In this document: positions 59,475-64,000 of the stretch, piece by piece
Layout: the number at the start of each line of letters is the position of its first letter
Position numbering within the stretch: the stretch's first letter is position 1
Assembly (NCBI GenBank): GCA_011605725.1
Contig: JAAOZP010000017.1
Span: 96,001 to 160,000, forward strand
Direction: 5' to 3'
DNA: 64,000 nt
Source of the DNA: Nitrososphaerota archaeon
GTDB taxonomy: Archaea > Thermoproteota > EX4484-205 > JAAOZP01
Program-made: the position numbers and the translations under genes
Notes under the pieces: generated by a model
What the model was told of the DNA's origin: nothing
Database searches by the model: none
What the model saw: only the letters and a program-made list of their open reading frames with translations

Positions 59475-59813
59475 ATGACCATAACCTGGTATCCCATTGT
59501 TTTTCCAGATCGTTGCGACGGTTGCAGAGAATTAGATAGGCCGAAATGCATAGAATTCTGCCCCCATGATGTTTTCGCATTAGCAGGTAATAAAGCGGTG
59601 GTTGCAAACCCGCAGAACTGCGTCGAGGGCTGCATAGCCTGCATGCCGCTTTGCCCCAAGAAGGCAATAGAGTTCCCGAGGCATCAGGGGTTTAGAAGAG
59701 CTGAAGGATCCTGGTCAAAGGGTTTGAAGAAAGTGGTGTGCAAGAAATGCGGCAGGAGCTTCTGGACTAATGAGGACAGGGAGCTCTGCTGGGAATGTAG
59801 CAGCCTAAAGTAG
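59475..59813 (+). CDS. 4Fe-4S dicluster ferredoxin with a C-terminal zinc ribbon
   Basis: CDGC......KCIEFCP, CVEGCIACMPLCP; CKKC...CWEC. Confidence 0.85.
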   Translation: MTITWYPIVFPDRCDGCRELDRPKCIEFCPHDVFALAGNKAVVANPQNCVEGCIACMPLCPKKAIEFPRHQGFRRAEGSWSKGLKKVVCKKCGRSFWTNEDRELCWECSSLK

Positions 59814-59977
59814 TGTCCACGTGTTAAACGGAAAAACCGGATTTCGTGCGCTAAAAGGGATTTCATTTTTCAAAGATAAAACTTATAAACAGAGAATATT
59901 ACTGCCTCCCGTAGGATCGTTTAACTGGTGGTCAATGGGAGTTGTTGTTTGAAATTCAGGAGCGCTCGAACAGCAAA

Positions 59978-60916
59978 CTATTTCGTAGAAAGTAAGACGG
60001 CTCCGCTTGGCTCGAACTCCCATTTCTTCAAGTATCCCGAGGACTCGGCTATTTTTTCAGAGAAGGAAACTATGTCGCTCATCCACGGCATCGCTTCCTT
60101 CGGAAGCCTCGACTGGCTTTCCCCAACCCACTCGTAAGCCTTAACTTCAACGTAATCAGGGCTAGCGATATTTATTAGCCTAGCATAACCCTCCGCATCG
60201 CTATCGTTAACACCCTTAACCATTGTTATTCTGAGCACACGCTTAACACCATTTAGGCTGGGCAACAACTCTAGCGACCTTAACAGTCTCTGCCAAGCAT
60301 CCTTAACCAAGGGTCTCGCAACCATTTTGAAAATCGTCTCGTTAGGGGCTTGAATACTGATGTAAAGCTGGTTTGGAAGAGGGTTGAGGATTTCTAAAAC
60401 CTCGGGCATGCTGCCGTTAGTTACAAGGTATGTCACCATGCTTCTCTTGCGAGCCTCGCCTATCAGATCACCCAGCCTAGGGTACAGGGTTGGCTCACCA
60501 GTGAGACTAAAGGTCACCATGGATGGTTTTAGAGCCTCTTCGAAAACCTTGGGATCAACCATCTGATTTGCCTTATAGCCTATTAGGAGGAGCCTCCTCA
60601 TCCTAATGGCTTCCTCAATAATGTAAGCGGGATCGTCTAACTCAGAAACTTGAGCGGGATACTCTTGCCAAACATACCCGGGCCTGTCTCCAGAGTGGAT
60701 TCTCCAGCAGTAGGTGCACCTGTAGTTACAACCTAGGAAGGGAGTCATCTGCATGCACCTGTGGCTCTGAACATTCTTATACCAGAGCTCCTTGTAGCAA
60801 CTCCGCCCCCGGGTTAATCTCTGTCTAGTCCAGTAGCAAACCTTAACGGCGGAGTGTCTACCGACTACCCTGTACTGTTGCTTCTCAAGCAGGCTCTTAA
60901 CGTTTAACGGGAGCAT
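59978..60916 (-). CDS. taw1: 4-demethylwyosine (imG-14) synthase Taw1/TYW1
   Basis: HSAVKVCYW, CYKE..Y, SHRCMQMTP, CNYRCTYCWR, SLTGEPTLYP, VEVKAY. Confidence 0.95.
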   Translation of the reverse strand: MLPLNVKSLLEKQQYRVVGRHSAVKVCYWTRQRLTRGRSCYKELWYKNVQSHRCMQMTPFLGCNYRCTYCWRIHSGDRPGYVWQEYPAQVSELDDPAYIIEEAIRMRRLLLIGYKANQMVDPKVFEEALKPSMVTFSLTGEPTLYPRLGDLIGEARKRSMVTYLVTNGSMPEVLEILNPLPNQLYISIQAPNETIFKMVARPLVKDAWQRLLRSLELLPSLNGVKRVLRITMVKGVNDSDAEGYARLINIASPDYVEVKAYEWVGESQSRLPKEAMPWMSDIVSFSEKIAESSGYLKKWEFEPSGAVLLSTK

Positions 60917-61474
60917 TAGTACTCGGATTAGTAGCTCGGATGGTGATTTAAGAATTTGGGATCCTCGAAACAGCCTCCCTCGGCGCACGTGCTCGTGCTA
61001 AATACTCGCTTACCAGCAGGTAAACACTCGTTTACTCCAGGTAGGCATTTGCTTCCCATGTGTATTTGAACGGCTTAAGCTTCGAGAAAGGGATTGCTTA
61101 GCCAAGCCAGGCCCCGTTGAGAACTCGCTTGCTCGGCGAGTGCCAAGGCCCTCAGGTATGGTTATCGTCACCGTAGTTGACTTAGTGTGCTGTGCGTCCT
61201 GGGTTTATCAGCCTTGATGTGAAGGTCGCCCGTCCCGCCATACCAAGCCCTTTTATTCGGGAAGTAGGTAGCGTGTGCTAGGAGTGTTTAGCAAGACTAA
61301 GAGCATGTTGCCTAACATTACGACTACTTTTCCAACTGGCTTCTAAATCCTAAAAACACGGGGTTTCTTAGAATACATCCAATAAAAAGGATCTAAACGA
61401 TTTTCACATGATGGCAGTGGCTTGATAGCTATTTTAAACAGGTTGCGTTGAAGGTATTTAGCGGTAAAATTTAA

Positions 61475-61490
61475 ATGCACGTATGTGTAT
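61475..61490. promoter_or_regulatory. Candidate VapBC autoregulatory operator
   Basis: Imperfect inverted repeat ATGCAC-GTAT-GTGTAT between TATA (TTTAAAT) and the vapB start. Confidence 0.35.
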
Positions 61491-61499
61491 GCATATTTC

Positions 61500-61730
61500 A
61501 TGGGTCACAAGACCATCACTATCTCAGACGAAGCGTACAAAGCATTATCCCGTCTTAAACGTGGCAAGGAATCGTTCACAGACGTGATACTGAAACTGGC
61601 CAGGGGGAGAGTGGAGGGCACCCTTTTAGACTACGTGAGGTCGCTTGAGCAGGATGAGGAGTTTGCAGAGATAATGGAAGACGTGGTAAGGGAGAGAAGG
61701 AGAATCAGATTGAGAACGCCCAGAGTGTAG
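61500..61730 (+). CDS. vapB: Antitoxin, archaeal VapB (DUF217-like)
   Basis: KTITISDEAYKAL..LK..KESFTDVILKL; directly upstream of a PIN toxin. Confidence 0.88.
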   Translation: MGHKTITISDEAYKALSRLKRGKESFTDVILKLARGRVEGTLLDYVRSLEQDEEFAEIMEDVVRERRRIRLRTPRV

Positions 61731-61740
61731 GTGTACCCAA

Positions 61741-62136
61741 ATGGTTTGCTTAGATACGAGTTTCATAATTGCCCTTATAAGACGTGACCAAAAAGCGGAG
61801 AGGAAGCTGGAGGAGTATGTGAGCAGTGGGGCAAGGCTTTCGACGACGCCTATAACAGCGTGTGAACTGTTTAAAGGGGCCTATAGGTCGAAGAAGAGAG
61901 ATGCCGAGGTTAGGAAAGTCAGGGAGATACTGAAACGCCTAGACATGTTGGATTTCTCTATAGATTCCTGCGAAAGGTATGGTAAGCTTGTGAATGATCT
62001 TGAATCTGCAGGAACGCCGATCGGCGATCTGGACGCCATCATAGCGAGCCTAGCCCTAACTCATAACGAGCCCGTAGTAACAGCTGATAAGGACCACTTT
62101 GAAAGGGTTTCAGGCCTCATAGTTGAATCATGGTGA
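61741..62136 (+). CDS. vapC: VapC PIN-domain toxin
   Basis: LDTSFII, ELF.G, IGDLDAIIA, VTADKDHF. Confidence 0.92.
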   Translation: MVCLDTSFIIALIRRDQKAERKLEEYVSSGARLSTTPITACELFKGAYRSKKRDAEVRKVREILKRLDMLDFSIDSCERYGKLVNDLESAGTPIGDLDAIIASLALTHNEPVVTADKDHFERVSGLIVESW

Positions 62137-62150
62137 ATTCAGCTCGAGCC

Positions 62151-62783
62151 TCATGAGCCTAGTATTATTGAAACCGCTTCGTCTAGGCTCTTCACTGTGA
62201 AATCCGCGTTCTCGCAGCGGGTACCCCTCCTCGAAACAAGTATGAATCGCATTCCCGCGCTCTTAGCCGACTCGCAGTCGAAACAAGTATCTCCAACCGC
62301 GAAACACTCCTGAGGCTTAACCTTCAAGAGTTCAGCCGCCTTCAGGAAAACGTCTGGCGCCGGTTTTCTTCTGACAACAATATCTGAGCCTACGAGCACG
62401 TCGAACATTTTTAAAACTCCCAGGAGAGAAAGGTACTTCTTGAGCCTCCTCGTGGTCTGGGAGCTTGCAACCGCCGTTTTAACACCTCTCTCCCTAAGTA
62501 TTTTCAAAGATGGTTCCACATCTTCAAAAAGCCTTATTTTACCAATATATTCAGCGTCATATATCTCGTCTTTAAGCCTCCTTAGCTCTTCAGCCTTAGC
62601 CTCGTCTCCTCCAGTGATTTTAAGAGAGATCTCCGGCCCGGCGAGCCCAACATACTCCTCAACATCCTTAGGGTCAATCCGTATCCCCATAAGGCTAGCC
62701 GCCCTAGCCCATGCTTCAGAAAGCAAGCCGACCGTATTAACGATTGTCCCGTCAAAATCAAGTACTACTGCTTTAATCGTCAA
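62151..62783 (-). CDS. HAD-family phosphatase (beta-phosphoglucomutase/Gph-like)
   Basis: DFDGT, ASS, KPAPD, VGDT..D. Confidence 0.9.
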   Translation of the reverse strand: MTIKAVVLDFDGTIVNTVGLLSEAWARAASLMGIRIDPKDVEEYVGLAGPEISLKITGGDEAKAEELRRLKDEIYDAEYIGKIRLFEDVEPSLKILRERGVKTAVASSQTTRRLKKYLSLLGVLKMFDVLVGSDIVVRRKPAPDVFLKAAELLKVKPQECFAVGDTCFDCESAKSAGMRFILVSRRGTRCENADFTVKSLDEAVSIILGS

Positions 62784-62913
62784 AGCCTCATAGATACGTT
62801 AAACCATTTTTAAAAACTTTACTTTCATCTCATCAAATACTAAAAGCTATTTTTTATCTCTATGTTTATATAAGATCAAGCGCGTGCTCAGCACGAGGGG
62901 GCTGATAAGTGTC

Positions 62914-63130
62914 TTACGCCATCCCTCCATGACTTTTTCCCCTATCTAACTCTTCAGGGTATCTGAACTCCTTTTCCTTAACCATTATCTTCAATCTCTT
63001 TACGTAATGGTGATCAGTTCCTTTAAACCTTATAGAACCTTGATAAAGAGAATAGGGAGGCTCAAAAACCATCATAACCATGTAGTAGTCAAAAGTACTG
63101 TTTCAGTCGTCAGGATTGCGTAGGCAGTGT
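62914..63130 (-). pseudogene. Possible degraded adenine-methyltransferase-like fragment
   Basis: Reads HCLRNPDD*NSTFDYYMVMMVFEPPYSLYQ, resembling the FD..vfDPPY motif IV context; 55-aa ORF 62914..63081. Confidence 0.25.
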
Positions 63131-63239
63131 TGGGAATGGTTTTAAACTTTCCATTATCCATAGCGCATACTTGGGCTAGACTATATTTTGTGCGAAGAAT
63201 GGATTATGAACCGGGGGCCTCTATGGAAGCTAAGGAATG

Positions 63240-63998
63240 TCACCATTCCGTTAACTTCTTGACTGTCTCCTCGTCGAGTCTCTTAACCATCTCTAAGACA
63301 AGCCTGACAGCATTCCTAACGTCGCTGAGACTCATTATTGAAGCTGCTGAGTGAATATGCCGCGTTGGAACTCCGATGACTAGACTGGGGCAGCCAACCT
63401 TATGAATGTGAATCCTGCCCGCGTCAGTCCCTCCTCTCGCCACAAGTGAAAGCTGGTACGGGATATTGTTCTCCTCCGCAACTCTTATCGCCAGATTCTT
63501 TAAGTTTTGATTTGGTATCATTGAAGCATCCATTGCGACTATCGAGGGGCCTTTCCCAATCTTGGTTTGAGCCTGTCCAGGAGGTATCCCCGGAACGTCG
63601 CCAGCAATATCTACTTCAAGCACGATGGCTACGTCAGGATCCACCAGGCTCGCGATCGTTGTAGCTCCTCTGAGACCAACTTCCTCCATGACTGTTGCTG
63701 CACCATACACGGTGTTAGGATGCTGAACATTCTCTGTTCTCAGCCTTCTCACAACCTCCATCGCTATCGTAGCCCCAACCCTGTCGTCGAAAGCCTTGCC
63801 CATCGCAACCTCGCCACCCTTCATAAGGGTGAAGAAGGAGCATGGTACCACCGGGTCGCCTACTCTAACACCCATGTTCTTAGCTTCGTCTGCCGAGGAA
63901 GCACCTATATCGATGAACATGTTGTCCTTCGTTATCACTTTGCCGGCCTCCTCGGGCGGTATTAGGTGGGGAGGTTTCGCAGCTATAACCCCGTTTAA
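63240..63998 (-). CDS. M42 family aminopeptidase (TET-like), 5'-truncated by the window edge
   Basis: FIDIGA, GKAFDDRVG, EEVGLRGA, GGTDAG, PTRHIHS. Confidence 0.93.
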   Translation of the reverse strand, partial: LNGVIAAKPPHLIPPEEAGKVITKDNMFIDIGASSADEAKNMGVRVGDPVVPCSFFTLMKGGEVAMGKAFDDRVGATIAMEVVRRLRTENVQHPNTVYGAATVMEEVGLRGATTIASLVDPDVAIVLEVDIAGDVPGIPPGQAQTKIGKGPSIVAMDASMIPNQNLKNLAIRVAEENNIPYQLSLVARGGTDAGRIHIHKVGCPSLVIGVPTRHIHSAASIMSLSDVRNAVRLVLEMVKRLDEETVKKLTEW

Positions 63999-64000
63999 AT

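Noticed and set aside
59902-59916. CTGCCTCCCGTAGGA, complementary to the conserved bacterial 16S 338-355 region
   Set aside because: Only 15 nt, the flanks are not rRNA-like, and the archaeal 16S differs here; treated as chance
61100-61150. GCCAGGCCC and a hairpin, reminiscent of SRP RNA helix 8
   Set aside because: The GGAA tetraloop/AGCA motif and the long-range pairing are absent
26635-61445. Recurrent AACAGG/CCTGTT in several intergenic regions (e.g. 26641, 46543, 51103, 51495, 61437)
   Set aside because: A six-mer that is also frequent in coding sequence; enrichment cannot be shown without counting
63127-63354. 75-aa plus-strand ORF
   Set aside because: Half overlaps the M42 peptidase antisense; no motif or start signals
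1-64000. tRNA, rRNA, CRISPR arrays, transposases, integrases
   Set aside because: No T-arm/cloverleaf, no regularly spaced repeats and no recombinase or transposase motifs seen by eye

Overview
Gene-dense 64 kb window from a thermophilic archaeon, most likely of the TACK group (eL13, TIP49/RuvBL, Taw1, NurA-HerA-Mre11-Rad50, archaeal TATA promoters with short or no leaders). The sugar-rich gene content is compatible with Brockarchaeota- or Bathyarchaeia-like lineages, but this cannot be proven from the window. It contains: trxB (partial); an AmmeMemo-type radical SAM gene; a complete but streamlined A/V-type ATPase operon (I-K-H-E-C-F-A-B-D) with a three-hairpin c subunit and a probable ACG start for subunit A; proC; a heterodimeric ABC exporter whose second half is split; TIP49; a class II HMG-CoA reductase; a MoxR/HEXXH-vWA operon; and a nurA-herA-mre11-rad50 operon. 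The most interesting part is a ~16 kb carbohydrate locus. There, GH3, GH50-like and GH5/CBM4-like hydrolases flank two mutually homologous OPT-like membrane proteins and a 1517-aa fusion of a catalytically degenerate PA/M28 ectodomain with MacB/FtsX-type permease modules; a divergent permease paralogue lies 12 kb downstream. The rest holds a KaiC-like/AEP gene pair, housekeeping genes, a VapBC toxin-antitoxin pair and small pseudogene remnants. No tRNA, rRNA, CRISPR array or transposase was recognised. All family assignments are by motif recognition, without database searches.
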